In this document: positions 21,918 through 36,001 of the stretch, one piece after another
Numbering within the stretch: the stretch's first letter is position 1
Layout: each line of letters opens with the position of its first letter
Source of the DNA: Octopus bimaculoides
Lineage: Eukaryota
Reading direction: 5' to 3'
NCBI RefSeq assembly: GCF_001194135.2
Contig: NC_068988.1
Span: 12,799,016-12,863,015, forward strand
Length of the DNA: 64,000 nt
Made by a program: the position numbers and the translations under genes
The notes under the pieces: generated by a model
Told to the model about the DNA's origin: nothing
Database searches by the model: none
The model's input: only the letters and a program-made list of their open reading frames with translations

Positions 21918-24900
21918 AACCATGTAACAAAGATTATTTAAGACATTGATATAATATTGAATATTTTTTTTGAAAAAAAAAAAAAATGGTTTTAACTGCA
22001 TACAAAATGTATTCAATGAGTAGCAGTCGACTATTTTCTCCAATTTTTAGGGTATATTTATTTTTGCCGTTTTGTATACACCTCCAAATGCCAATGAAGA
22101 TATTAATTATAAAGTCATACCATTACTTTTATCACAGGAATTTTGTTTATTTTATGTAATTCTTTGTATGTTATTTTGTTTAAAAAGAAAAAAAAAAGAA
22201 AAAAAAGGAAAAAATCCATTTCCCTATCAATCCAATGATTTCATTTCATATTTTCCAAATATTCTCCTTTCTCTTTAAAAATAAACTTTCTGAGATAAAG
22301 GGTAAGAATAGGGAATGGAACAAATTTAAAAAGGCCGGAGAGGGGAAATTTTAAGTGGACTGGAAACTGACAGTGATGAAGATATTGGCTACCTCCCACC
22401 CCCACTCTTTGTAGGCAATGCATTAGTCCTCTGCAAGGCATCTCCCAGTAAGTTTAAATAGGAGAGGTCAACATTCAACCAGCTAGACAATGTTTTAAGA
22501 GCACCAAATCTTCAAAAATGTTCATGTGGCAGGTAGTTCCTCTATTTGATACTTTTATTATTTCTTCAAGGAGAAAAAAAAATATACAAAGAGAAAAAGA
22601 AAAAAATATAATGAAACTTTAAAGATAAGAGCTTATCAAGGTATTTGATAGAAGACTAAAATATACCTACACACATCAAATGATTAATTTAAACATTTAC
22701 ATCCTAAGAATGTTTAAGAGTTTCAGAAATAGATTCAATAAAAAGTATCTATAAAACAATAAATTCTACCTGTAATCTTTGGTTAAGTTGGACATCAGCA
22801 GTTATTATAGGCAATTTTTCTGTAGATATATTTTTCTTCTCTTTTTTTTAAAGTTTTTTTTTTCCTTGTTTTTTTATAAAATACTAAGCAAAGGTAGCAA
22901 TATTAATAAAGGAACAATTCCAGTTTGTACTGTTTTAAAATATTTAACACCCTGCTTCCAAACACCGTCTACTTTTACAACTAAAGTGCATCATGCTATC
23001 CTTTCACACCAACACAGAAATTGGGTGAGGCCTTGAATTAGAAATCTGATTTTCATCAAATAGATTGGTTTTGATATAAAAAGGGACTAACCATGTAGAA
23101 AATGAATTTAAAGTTACCAGTCACAAAGTTTTTTTATGACTACTGAGACATGTAGATATAGACCTAGCATAAAAATAGAAAGATTAAGAGGAGATTTATA
23201 AATGAGTAGTAAGCCTTATTACCAAACACAGATTTGGGTAATCAGGTTTGAAGGTATTGGTAATTAATCAAATATTTTTTTACTTTTTGTTGCACAAAAT
23301 AGAATTTAACTACCTTTTTACTCATATGGGAGATGAATGAAATATAAAGGATATAAATCAATCAATTCATTTAAGAACCAGGTGAAGATGTGTGAGCTTC
23401 AAACATTGACTTAGAGAGAGAAAATAAAAGATAAAGCAAAATGAAATTAAAAAACAAAACACTTATTTGTTTCTTAGAATATCAAAAAAAAAAAAAAACC
23501 CTGCTGATAGAAACAGAATTAGCACAAAACATTGCCTATGATAGATTAAATAAAGGAATTAATTTAAAGAAATAATAGTATAAGAAAGAGTAATAAAATT
23601 ATTGCTTAGTTTGAGAAAATGGTTTTTACGTAGAAGTTATGACGTGAAAATATTAAAAATATGAGGGGTGGGTGGTGGAAAGAAAGAAATGTTGGCAAAG
23701 GGACAAAAGATTAAAATAAAAAGTAAATCATTTCAGAAAGGTTATATAAAATTTCTGAATGAATAGTTATTCAAAATTGCAACATACAAAGTAGGTAGAT
23801 GTGAAAGGGATGGGGGAAGAAACCCAAAAGATGGGTATTAAATAAATAAGCTTAAAGAAACACTAACGTTTAATAGATTTGAATAATAGAGAGATGGGGA
23901 TAAATGCCAAATATCTAAATTTATATTAGTTGAAACTTCTAAAAACTGTTTCTGGATGTTAATGTAAGCATACACAGATATACAATTCACATAGATGCAA
24001 GTGCATGTACACTCATACACACAGACACAAAATTAATTTTGTAGGTTGTTGCTTCTGAAGCATTATTGCCAACTTGAGAAAAGAAATATTTAGGTAATCC
24101 CTTTTATTCTAATAATTCTAATTTATAGAACCAGACAAAAATTTTTTATTCTTGAAAACAAACTGAATTTACTAACCTACATTTAAAATCCTAAACCAAA
24201 TAAATTTCTTTTGAGTAGATGCAACAATTTCTGTTATTGTCAACACACTGGTTTCAAACTGAAAATAATGTGGCATGAAACAATACTATTAAGCATGAAT
24301 TTTAGTTTTTTTTATTATATATCTTTATATCTACCATCTAGTAATAATAACTGTTTCATACACACACAGACAAGAAACCTGAGGGCTTCAAGAAATTGTA
24401 ATATTCATGCTTTTCCAAGGATATTAGTTATATAAAGAGATGATCCTGACCAGTGTTCAAGACAAGACTGAGAAATATGGTACTGCTGTAATACCATTCA
24501 AGACTGGATTGACACACTGTGATATTGATACTATTATAAGATTAACAATAAGAACTTTTGGCAGCAGCAACAAAGCTGACCCCAAAAAGGATGAAAAATA
24601 AATTGGATTTAATTAAGAATTTAAATACATATAAGTAAATTTTATCCCATGCTCTACCATTTCTGCTATTCCCCATCCTCAATACTAGCTTCAAATTTTG
24701 ACACAAGGCCAGCAATTTTGGAGTGAGAGTAAGTTGATTACATCAATCCCAATGCTCAACTGGTACTTATTCTGTAGAACCCCAAAAATTGGAAGGCAAA
24801 ATCAACCTCAACAGAATGCAAACTGAGAATGTGAAGATGAACAAAATGCCACTAAGCACTATTCCCAGCGTGCTAACAATTCTGCCAGCTGGCTGTCTTA

Positions 24901-27900
24901 ATCCTCAGTATTAATACAGATTTTCAGCATAGGCTCAAATTTGGGAGAGAGAAAGGCACTGTTGCCTCCAGTGGGATTTGAATTCAGAATGTAAGCAGTC
25001 AGAATAAAACACCACAAGGCACTGTGTTTAACACAATACCAATTCTCCTATCTACCCTTGATAATAGCAAGAAAGCAGACAGAAGCAGTGAAATGCTATG
25101 CTAGTTCAACATCTCAGAAGTTTCTTAGCAACAATTTTCCTAATTTGAAGATCAAATTCATAACATGTACAAGATATGACTGAACTGCATTGATTATCAA
25201 CTGACTGGTTTGAGTCTCTTATTGCTTACAGAGTTCAAATCTTGCTCCCTGTTAAGGTACTGTCTTTATACCAGATCCATTACAGTTTTTGCTTCAGTCA
25301 ACAAAACTACAAAATCAATTTTACCAATCTCACTTGACAGACATCTAATGTTACACACATCCAACTTGTCCGACAATAAAAGATCGACATTCCCACCTCA
25401 AGACCTTTTAAAATTTGCAAATTCTTGACCTGTCATAAAATCCAATAAGATTTTATGATGTTTCTATTTTTTTATACTATTCTACTGTTGGCATACAGGA
25501 AACACTTTGAGAGCAAAGATTTTTTAATTAATCAGTAATAATTTGTCCTGATGACTGGTTAATAAAAACTTCTATTAGACAGGCTGTGATTGGTTCTATG
25601 CTTGAAGGACTGAGGAAGCCTACAGCAGCATTTTGTTCATGTAAATCATATCATTTAACATGTTAATATTTACATAACTGTAGAAATGCACTTTAATCTC
25701 ATAGCTATCAGGATACATACACTCATCCAGTTTTAACATATTGTGTAAACCACCCCCATCTTTTCAAGTAAAAAAAAAATCTCTGTGTTTGGTAATGAGT
25801 ATACCAGCTGTTTAATCAACTGAAATGCTTACTCATCAACATTTAGTAGAAGTGGCTGGGTATACCATAGGCACTTGTACTCTTCAAGAAGTTCTCAGGC
25901 AGAATCAGCATGACTTTGTTTGACAAGGCTGGATCTTTGAAGTAGGTACAGTCCATTCAACAGGCTTCTGCACAGCTTCTGTCTACCCAATTTCAGTTAC
26001 AAAGCTTGTGAACGAAAATGGGTAGACATAATAAAAGACACTTACCCATGATGCAATACCTCTTGAATGTGAAACAAACTTCATAACCACTCAGTGATGC
26101 ATGCATCCACACACACACACACTTTCATGTGTACATCTAGAGAGAATGAGAGAGAGAGAGGTTTACACCATGCATAGAAGTGAAGATTTCGTTTAATCAG
26201 AGCAATCAGAACCAGACAGAAATAAAATTGAGGAGTGTGGAATTTTATTTCTTTAAATAAATATTTGGTTTTCTATGGAAAACCTAAATGTATAAATGGA
26301 GAAGACAGATGACATAACTAACTGTTAATGCACTCTGAAATGTTTTCCATGTAAATTACAACTTCTTTTTATCCTATTTTCTATCACTGTGCTAACTGAG
26401 CATCATTTTAATAATTTAGTATAAGTGGTGTTCCTTAATATATCATGTCTGATTGAGTACGAGGTAACGATCCTAATACTGGCTAATATCTTACATGCCT
26501 TATATGGCAGTAACTTGTTTTGTAACCCTGGTGATGTCAATCCATTTCAGTTGGAATATAGTTCTGAGATTCAGAAATTTCCAAATTGTTTCTACTATAA
26601 TATTCCACAAACTTGAACTCATTATCAAATTGCATTTAAAAAGTGTCACAAAGAAGGAAATCTTTCATGGAGAAAGATTACTTCTATTATTATTATTTTT
26701 ATTCCAGTGTTTCCTATTAAATAGTGATATTAAACTAAAACTAGTGATGGATTTGTTATGAAGAACAAGATGGGTTTTTGTATTAAAAACCCTGATGAGT
26801 AGATCTTTACACGCAAACAAATTTTAGACAAAGCCGACTCATTTATATTGAACTAAACTGACTTCAGAGTGCATTCACTGCTAATCATACTCAAATATAT
26901 TAACTTTCGAGTTTCAATTTATTTTGAAAATAATCGAGAGTCTGAAATAGTTTAATAAAATAATTTTGGTTTTATTAATCTTGTATCTGAAGAACTTAAA
27001 AAATCCTTACATAAATCTATTATGAGAGGTTTTGATATAAATATGAACGCTTAAAATAAGAGATTTTGCATTATAGAACCAGAAGCAGTCTCAGGTGGAT
27101 TAATATCAAAAAGAGTTGAGCTATCTTATGACAAGAAACGCTGTTCTACTACTAAGAGTGATAAGAGATTCACTAAAGTTTTGAAAATTGCATTTGATAT
27201 TTCTCAAGTGTATGTAATATATTTTTAACGGACTTATCACTGACTAAACTGATTACATTGACTTAGATTTCCTTAATATTAGCTGAAATAGGCATAAATG
27301 CAGAAATTAGAAATTATGCAAGATTATCAAAATGTATTTACAGATATAACTAATTTGTCAAAACTATCATCCATTTATTTAAGCAGTAAGCTTGCAGACA
27401 ACAGTGACTTAAATATTAACATTCAAGGAAAACTTTACTGCAAGCAACAGAAAATGTAGAAATCCAACTTCAGGATTTAAATTTAATAATTACTACCCAC
27501 AGGTCTTCATCATCATGTTTATCTGAAAACAGATGTTAAAGGATGATGATGAAGACCTGTGAGTAGTACCATGTGAATAAAAGTAAAAAAAAAAAAAAGT
27601 AAACAGCAACTAAAACCTTCTTCCATCTTGGGTGCTAAAGAGAATTAATGATTTTGATCTTAATGACACTGAAGTTTTGTGTAGAAGTTAAATTGGTAAC
27701 CTGCAGCCTAAAATCATTATTGCATGATTTGAAAGTCAAAAGCAAAAATAAATGTATACATGAAATACTGGGTGATCAGCTTAATCTGGATAAAATGAGT
27801 TACAATAATTAACTCCTTTTATCAACCATTAGGGTCTGTACCTAAACATCATCCATAAAACCACAGATGTACTGATGGCAGTTGATATGAAGGGGTTGCT

Positions 27901-28535
27901 GTATGTGACATTTGTTCTTGAATGAAAACCCAGTGGAGTTAATATAACTCATTTTAAGTATTTAGGAGTAGGGCATTCACAATCTGTTGTAATTAGTGGG
28001 GTTGGACATAGATTTTACTGCCTTTGATACAATCAACACAAGACAGCAACAATTCATGCTGTTTGTAGTAGGGCTTTAGAACAAAACTGCTGATAGATTT
28101 GAAAAGTAAATTACAATAGTACAATTTACAGTTTAATTTGACATACATAATTCTGAAAAAAGAAAATCAGTATATTTCCCATTTAAAATAACTTAAAAAT
28201 AGCTCAACTGAATTAGCAAGGGAAGTAATCACAACATTTCAACATGAACAGCTGCTTCCATAGCAAAAACACTGAGACAAAAGAATTAACTTCTGATTAT
28301 TCACTTTCAGTAGTAATATTAGTCAATATTTATATATTGGGAAATAGCAAGCTGGTGCATAACATTTTAAACCATTAACATTGAAATGGTACAGAATCAA
28401 ATTTTAGATTAACAACCAAATCATTGAGTAAGATTTTATGATGGCGTTTTTTGGGGGGAAATACATGTCAATTTATATATTTGAACTCATATTCCACTTG
28501 GAAGAAGAAATGATAACAAAAGAAAAATCTAGAAC

Positions 28536-28890
28536 AACAACACAATTCTTGTGCTTCATTTTAAAGTTTTATTGATGTCATAGAAAGAAACGAGAAGAGA
28601 GTTAAGAGAGATTTGAGCATACAATAGTTTTTGAATAGAAAATGAAAGAGAAAGGCAGAATTGCATTAGAAAACTTAAACTATCTCTGAACAGGACCAAA
28701 TAACCATGAACAGAATAACACAATTCCTGTACTTCATTTCTTGAAGTTTCATAGAGGTCATAGAGAGAAGAAGATAGTCTAGAGGGGTTTGGAGCATACA
28801 ATAGTTTGCAATGGAGAATGGAAGAGGATGGCAGAACTGAATTAGAAAACTGAAACTAACCCTGAACAGGACCAAATAACCATGAACAGA
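28536..28890 (+). repeat. ~178-bp diverged tandem duplication
   Basis: Both copies end in the identical CTGAACAGGACCAAATAACCATGAACAGA; the remainder is clearly alignable. Confidence 0.9.
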
Positions 28891-28928
28891 GGAACGTCTT
28901 TAGTAATTTAAACAAAATGACTCTTGAA

Positions 28929-29006
<78 letters not shown>

Positions 29007-30981
29007 GAAAGAGAGAGAGATTAACCTACATTGTTGCATACTCTTTCCTAATTTTTTTTTAATTTTGAAAATGTAATCAATACAGCCTTATTTAGCTTTG
29101 ATTAAATCTGCTAAATTTAGGCTTTAGTTTCGAAGAGGTTTAAGGTAATCAAGAGAAAAAGCATACTCAAAATAAATCAATTTCTCTTTAAGATACTTAA
29201 AATAGATCACCACATCTTACAACCTCAAACAAATTCGATAGGAAAAGTTACAAAGGATACCTACTAAATTCTTAAAATAGTTGTAAACTAAATAAAAATA
29301 ATTTTTGAAAGATTTCAGAATTTTAAGTATATATGTGTGTTCTTTATTAAAATCCATTCATAAAATAACTAATTTGTTGACCACAACCTGTATATTAATT
29401 AGCAACTGGAATTTTCCTGGCCATTTATTATTTTTTTTAATTCATTTTTGAAGACTTGGTAAGAAGGCCACTTATGCCATGCATTATCAACTAAACATAA
29501 AAGAATGTCAACAAAATAGTTTTACTGAAATGGCAGCTTTTGATGTAGATTTAAGTAAAATTGTGAAGAGTCAACATAAATATCTCAAATCTTAACTGAC
29601 TGATAACAGAAAACACAAAGCTTTACTCATTAATAATTTAGTGTTTGTTTAATGTAACATACTTTTTAAAGAAATATATAAATACGTAACTGAGAATTTG
29701 GCCACAAGCAACACCATGAAAAACAAGTTTAATTATAGCGTTAAAAGAAACCATTTACTCTAACTCACTGTGTATTGCATCAACAAAATAGAACATTTTG
29801 ATGTAGTTTAAAGAAATCTGATGCCAAATTCTATAAAGTACTTAGATGAAGATGGTGATGGAAGAGGGTGGTGGTGGTGGTGATAATAATCCTTTCTACT
29901 ATTGGCACAAGGCCTGAAATTTGGGAGGAGGGGAATAGTTGAATACATCAACCCCCAGTATTTCACTGGTACTTAATTTATCAACCCCGAAAGGATGAAA
30001 GGCAAAGTTGATCTCAGAACGTAGCGACAGACGAAATACCACGAAGCATTTCACCCAGCACGCTAACAATTCTGCCAGCTCACCGCCCTTGGCGATAATA
30101 ATAATAATAGATTGTAGCAGCTGAACAGAAGTTTCTCAAGCTTCACAATCTGACATCTTTCAAGGACAAGAGCAACATAAGTATCTTTCTTAGTAAATTA
30201 ATCAAACCAAAATTAACAAATGAACCAATCTTGCCAAACAGAAGTAGCTTTAACCTTTAATTCTAGAATAAGAGGCATTACCACTAACTACAACTTAAAA
30301 AATTATTTAGTCAAAAGTTCTCTAAAGATTACTAGTATATATATGTATACAATTCAAATGATATACAAGTGATACTAGCATAAAAAAGACAAACTTTAAC
30401 AAAAACAGATCAAAAGGAGAAAAACGCAAGAATTACAAGAACAAGTATTTCAATGAAAGATATTCTGAGTAATCTTCAGCAATAAAAGATAGGAAATGAA
30501 TATGGAATTACACACAGTTTACCTAAAAAAAAATAATCCTAAAATAAAATTCTTAAAATAAATAAAATTCTCAAATGAATTTCTATAAAGTACTTAAATA
30601 AAGATCATCTACCAAATTAAAACAATATGGTTGTAAGCAAGAACCTCCAGAAACCTAACAGAACACATTAACAGCAGTTTCTGTCATCTGTCTATCTGAG
30701 TCCTGTACTTGAGACCACCAAAGACAGTGGTGCAGTCTCCATTCATTATTATGTAATAAAATAATTTATAGCAGATAGGTGTCAGCCTAAAGGAAAAGAA
30801 GGGCAATTAGAAATAAACACAGACAAGAACTTCTTTCACCTTCTCTATTATTTCCCAACAGTTGACTTACTACATTGTTATCCTGCCAGCTGACATTTTA
30901 AGCCTTCACATTATAGTAATACATGCACATACACTCATTATCATCATGCACATAAAACTGTAATAATGGTATTGCTTACTC

Positions 30982-31033
<52 letters not shown>

Positions 31034-31646
31034 CATATACACACACAAACATATATATATATATATATACATACATACATGTATGTATATATGGTTTTAA
31101 ATGCAAAGAAACATACAAGCTAGTTTGTTTTTTTTTTTCTTTACGTTTACCTTACTGCAACACTTCTATAAGAAGGTTACAGAAATATTTTAAAAGCAAG
31201 TAAATTGGTTTGTGGGGGAGAGAGAAAGATTTAGCTACTACTGAGAGGGAAATGGGAGGAATAGTTGGGTAAAAATAGGAGGTGGTGGTGGTGGTGGTGG
31301 TGGTAGGGAGGAGGTTGGTTGAGAAATAGAAATTATTCAAGATAAATGGACATTTGGAAGGTAGGAAAATGATTCCAGTTTCACTAACAGTGGCTTAAGG
31401 GCCACTGGTTACAATGATGATAATAATGAAGATGATGACGATGATGATGGTGATGATGATGATGAAGTGTACAAAGTAAGCTTACAGCCAGAATGCATCT
31501 TGCAAGAGTCTCACTTCCAATAACTGACAGATTTCAGAAGACAAAGTCAAACTCGTGTAGTTTTTGATTTGATGAGAAATTGAATGCTCATGAAATACAG
31601 GCACACAATGAAAGACAAGTACAACCAAAAGCCTGTTCCCACTTGG

Positions 31647-31725
31647 CTAATCTGAGGACAAATAGGAGGGAGGCTGACTTTTTAAGTTCTCTAATTCTTT
31701 TATCTGTTGTGCTAAAAACAAAATC
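31647..31725 (-). CDS. WAC: WAC last coding exon (R)ILFLAQQIKELENLKSQPPSYLSSD*
   Basis: Acceptor tttctttcatttcag|G, phase 2. Matches the WAC C-terminus RILFLRQQIKELE. Confidence 0.95.
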
Positions 31726-32675
31726 CTGAAATGAAAGAAAACAAAAATGATAAATAACACATGTCAAATTCCAAGGAACATATAAAGCTTATATTGAAAT
31801 TTAAAAATTCAGCTATTAAGACATCAAGGCTATCGACCTAGAATCCGAGAGAAATTTTACCACCAGCATTATGTTCTGTTTACCAAGACTATTTTAATGG
31901 ACATGTTGGACAACACCATAATGGTTATTCTAGAGTTATACACATAATATGACCAGTAAGTTTGGAAGTATATTTTTACCACCATGGGGAAAGATGGCAT
32001 ACATGCACTTATTATAATTGGACTTTTACAACATTTCTTGATGCTTATACAAAACGATGAAATGTATTCTAATTCTCAAAAGAAAATTACTTGAAAATAA
32101 AATTCAATAAAACAAATTTCTCATTTGTATTATTTGCAATTCTACTCCATTGAGTATCTTGGATAGGCTTTCATGCTTTTTATTTTCTTATGGTTGCTAA
32201 GAAAACTAGGTTTAGTTAAATGAATGGATTGCGAGAGCTGTACATCCCATGTACAGAGATACTCTTGGCAAGGAAATAGCTGACAAGTTTAGCGAGGAAT
32301 TTAGTATGGAAGTAGATAACCAACTTACGAATCATTAAAATTTCAAGGTTATTTTGCAAGTTTTAGTGTTGCAAAGAATATAGCTTGCAAAGGATGTAAA
32401 TAGGTAAAGTGTTAACTAAATGTACAAGCACAAACTTCCTTTCCATAAAATACCAGGACAGGTAATCATTAATATATAAGAGTTCATTTTACAAACAACC
32501 AAATATATAAGATCCACCCAACAATTCATGCTCTTAAAATACATTTAAAGAAAAGCAAATTTTTTTTTTTTAAAGATACAATTTAGAAACACTGAGAAGT
32601 ATTTCTAAATATTTCCCATATATCCAGGTTAGTTGTGCAGCAAAAAAGATATTAGATAAATTATAAACAATTTAC

Positions 32676-32803
32676 CTTTGTTCATGTAGAGTGGACTGTA
32701 TTTCAGCTATCCTAACTAATGATCTAGCTCGTTTTAATTCAACTGACACTTGGCTACATTCCAGGCTGCCAACCGTTAGACCTTCTTCCCAATAGCGTTT
32801 GGC
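32676..32803 (-). CDS. WAC: WAC coiled-coil exon AKRYWEEGLTVGSLECSQVSVELKRARSLVRIAEIQSTLHEQ(R)
   Basis: tgttgcag|GCC ... AAAG|GTAAAT. Matches the WAC motif [22 protein letters not shown]. Confidence 0.95.
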
Positions 32804-33092
32804 CTGCAACAAAATATGATTACTCCATTATTAAATGGTCTACTTGTTCATGCACATACACAGCAAATGTAAAAAAAACTATCTATACAATATATTAGCA
32901 ACTTTACTTAAATTGAAACCATGTCTTTCTTTGTGAGTCAAAAGCACTAGACCACTTTGTTACTCTAAATTATTGATAGACATTTTACAGCAATTATTAC
33001 AATTTCAATTTATTCTAGTCACTACAACAATGGATAAAAGCTATGTACAGTTGAAGCATCAGAAAAAGAAAAAAAAATCAATGTAGATTTAA

Positions 33093-33266
33093 CCTTTTAG
33101 CATTTAAACTGGCCATATCCAGCCTCTCACACCCACCCTACCATGCCGTTCTAAAAGTAAGCAAGCCCATCATTAAAATCTCAAAGCTATGAAATAATGC
33201 ATCATTAATTTAAAACAATGATTAAATAAGCATTATGTTTGACAGGGAAATCTGAATGCTAAAAGG
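33093..33266. mobile_element. Second TTAA-flanked MITE family; diverged copy at ~40455-40640
   Basis: TTAA|CCTTTTAGCATT ... AATGCTAAAAGG|TTAA. Confidence 0.8.
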
Positions 33267-33348
33267 TTAACTAACATAATGACATTTAAGCAGCAATCAG
33301 TATTTGAATAATATAAAATGTTAAGCAGAATTGCTCTAGATAACATAC

Positions 33349-33526
33349 CTGTCTCTCTGCATGTTCTGTCTGCCAGCCTTGTACATGACCAATTAATTTG
33401 TCATTACAGTAATTGCTAAGTGAAGGTGGGAGTTCTACTGACAAGTCTTTCTTTTCAGAAACAGCTGAGAGTGCACTTGGTCCTACAGGTAGCTCTTTTG
33501 AACTGCTGGTACTTGGAGTAGGACTT
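33349..33526 (-). CDS. WAC: WAC exon SPTPSTSSSKE...NYCNDKLIGHVQGWQTEHAERQ
   Basis: ttttaacag|A ... CAG|GTATGT. Matches the WAC motif LIKHVQGWPADHAEKQ. Confidence 0.95.
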
Positions 33527-33673
33527 CTGTTAAAATAAATGCAATAAAAGTAAGAACTTCCAGGCATAGTTCTTCATTAAAGTCTTAAAAGTACTATATT
33601 TACACATTATAAGTTTCACACTTATTAAGAAAATTACAAAATTCTTGGATGATAAAAATGGTGGAATACTGAC

Positions 33674-33851
33674 TCAGTTTTCTCACTTCTTTCTGACCGT
33701 GGACTTTCCTTCCCCGATTCTTCTTCATGTGGTGGTGGATTCACATTCACTGGAGGGAGATGTGAGCTATCTGTACTCAGTGTTGGTGATTTCAGAGACT
33801 GTTGAGGTGAGGTATCAGCATGAGGAATTACTATTTTGGGAGATAAAACTG
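33674..33851 (-). CDS. WAC: WAC S/P-rich exon VLSPKIVIPHADTSPQQSLKSPTLS...ESPRSERSEKT(E)
   Basis: ttttcttcag|CAG acceptor (phase 1), open frame, GA|GTCAGT donor (phase 2). An alternative same-phase donor lies at 33698. Confidence 0.8.
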
Positions 33852-34876
33852 CTGAAGAAAATTGGAAAAATACATATCAATAACACTGCTTCAGTTATAT
33901 TATCGAAAAAATATATTATTTTCAGGAACTTTTTTACAACAAAGACTATCTAAGCCAATAACCTGCTTCATACGATATCCACAATATCGTTGTCCAGAGC
34001 AAAACTCGTCTGTCTTTACATTCTGAGTTCAAACTCTACTGAGATCGACCTTACCTTTCATCCTTTCGGGGTCAATAAAATACATACTAGCACACACACA
34101 CACCTTTCAATTTCTGTGTACCAAATTTATTGACCTAGGGTTATAATAGATGACACATGCTCAAGGTGCCACACAGTGGGACAGAACTTAAAACCATGTG
34201 ATTGGGAAGCAAAATCCTAACCATACATCTACACCTCTGCCTATTCATTAGCATATTATCATTTTTGGTTCACCTTTCTTTCAGTACAAAAGGATTATGC
34301 CTTTCATCTCTCCAGAGTTGATTTCTTTAGTTTACCTTCTGGCAACAATGCCAGTGACAACATTGGCACCAAGTTCTATCTGCCTTGTTTTTCCCTTGGA
34401 CATCAATGACATGGAGGGGAGAAGTTTGCATGCATTGGCCACTGCCAATCTTTCTCTATGTCTCTCATTTTATCTTAGTAATATTTTGCAAAACTCGTCA
34501 CTTTTTTTACAAGTTAAAACAATTTACCCAGTCCTAAATGTTTGATGTTCAAAACATGAAAACCTCCTCACAATCTTAACATTATATACACCAAATTGGA
34601 TTTTACACAGGTAAAGTTCAAAGATGACTTTCAAGATAGCTTTTAGCTTTGCTCAGGATTTATTATAATGCATTATAACAAATTTAGCGAAACCCTTTTT
34701 TCCATATATTACTTGATACATGTCACACTTGAATATATTTATATATAAATATATGGATATAAAAAGTATTCAAATGTTTTGCAAATTCTAAGAGTTATTT
34801 CCCTTGGAATAACATCTCATACGTTCCCAACTCTGAAGACTGATTTTTAAGATTACCAGTGAAAAAATATACTTAC

Positions 34877-34945
34877 TGGTATGCTGTGTACTCATGGACA
34901 GCTGCCTAGATATGGCCTCTTGTAATTTCTGTAAAGTTTGTAATG
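34877..34945 (-). CDS. WAC: WAC small exon (A)LQTLQKLQEAISRQLSMSTQHT
   Basis: ttttcttttcccattatag|CA ... CCA|GTAAGT; 69 nt, phase 1-1, in frame with both neighbours. Confidence 0.85.
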
Positions 34946-36001
34946 CTATAATGGGAAAAAGAAAAAATATATGAAATAAAATATCCAAAAATACAGGGGA
35001 AAGAGGTGCCTGAAAGAAAGAAAAATTAGTATTAAAGCAGCAGGGAGGTAGGTAGAAAGAGAGGCGCTGTTTTTGCCGTAAAGCTTTGCAAATAACACAC
35101 TTAACAGCAGGAACATAAACTGGTTATTATCAATTAAATTTCCTCCTTTAACTTGTAGACCACTGTTGGTTACTTAAGGCCTACAACCATCTGCCAATAT
35201 TACAATGCCCATGATAAATATCTCCATATAATTCAATCCCAAAACCAAGGCCATAGCACTCTCATCCAACTACTGGCATCCATCCCCCACCCTACAATTT
35301 TCTATATTGGACAAATGCATCCTACTACTGCCCACTTAAATGATACAGTGTTAATAAAGTCCCCTAGCTTGAGAAAACATTTACTGCTAATGAATTGATA
35401 TATACTTTAGTATTTGGATGCAAACTAATGTTGTACTATGTAGAAGATTGCAACAAAATTAATTACACTAAAAATCTGACGGTAAGCTTGTCTAATAAAC
35501 AATATTAAAATTTAAATATTTATCAAAGAAAAGGCTGTGTGCTGACATTTGTATTTAGTATGCACATATATAGTTTTTGATAATATGCCTATGTTGTTTC
35601 AATATGCATTTCTATGGACTATGACTGCAAATTAATTTGTAATGTTTGTCTTTTTGATGCTTCATGCTTGTAACCAGATTTGCAAACTCTCTTTATTCAG
35701 CAATATCTGCTGTATATAGCAAACTTGTGTCTGTTATTAACTAAATAGGTGTGAAACAACTGTCAACAATACTGCCTTCCATCTGCTCAGTAATTCTCCC
35801 AGGCCCACAGATTGTCAAATACAACTTGAAGGCTAGATTGACTAGCCTAACAAACTATATGGAAGAGGTTGTAGAAGACAGCCACCAAGTTCTTCAACTC
35901 AAAACACACACAAATTATCAATAGTTGTTGGTGATTAGACAACTGAATGAAGCCATGAATGCAACATTGGGCAAATCTGCTGTTGACAGCACATTCAACA
36001 G

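Noticed and set aside
25210-25430. Possible WAC terminal exon or coding block
   Set aside because: Stops in all frames and no WAC similarity; the true last exon was found at 31725-31647.
26786-26825. Additional hammerhead-like CTGATGA motifs (also ~58963 and ~50603)
   Set aside because: The GAAA core or the stems are not recoverable; too degenerate to call.
34297-34545. Candidate WAC exon with AGAAG|GTAAAC donor
   Set aside because: In-frame stop upstream and no acceptor; the sequence looks SINE-derived.
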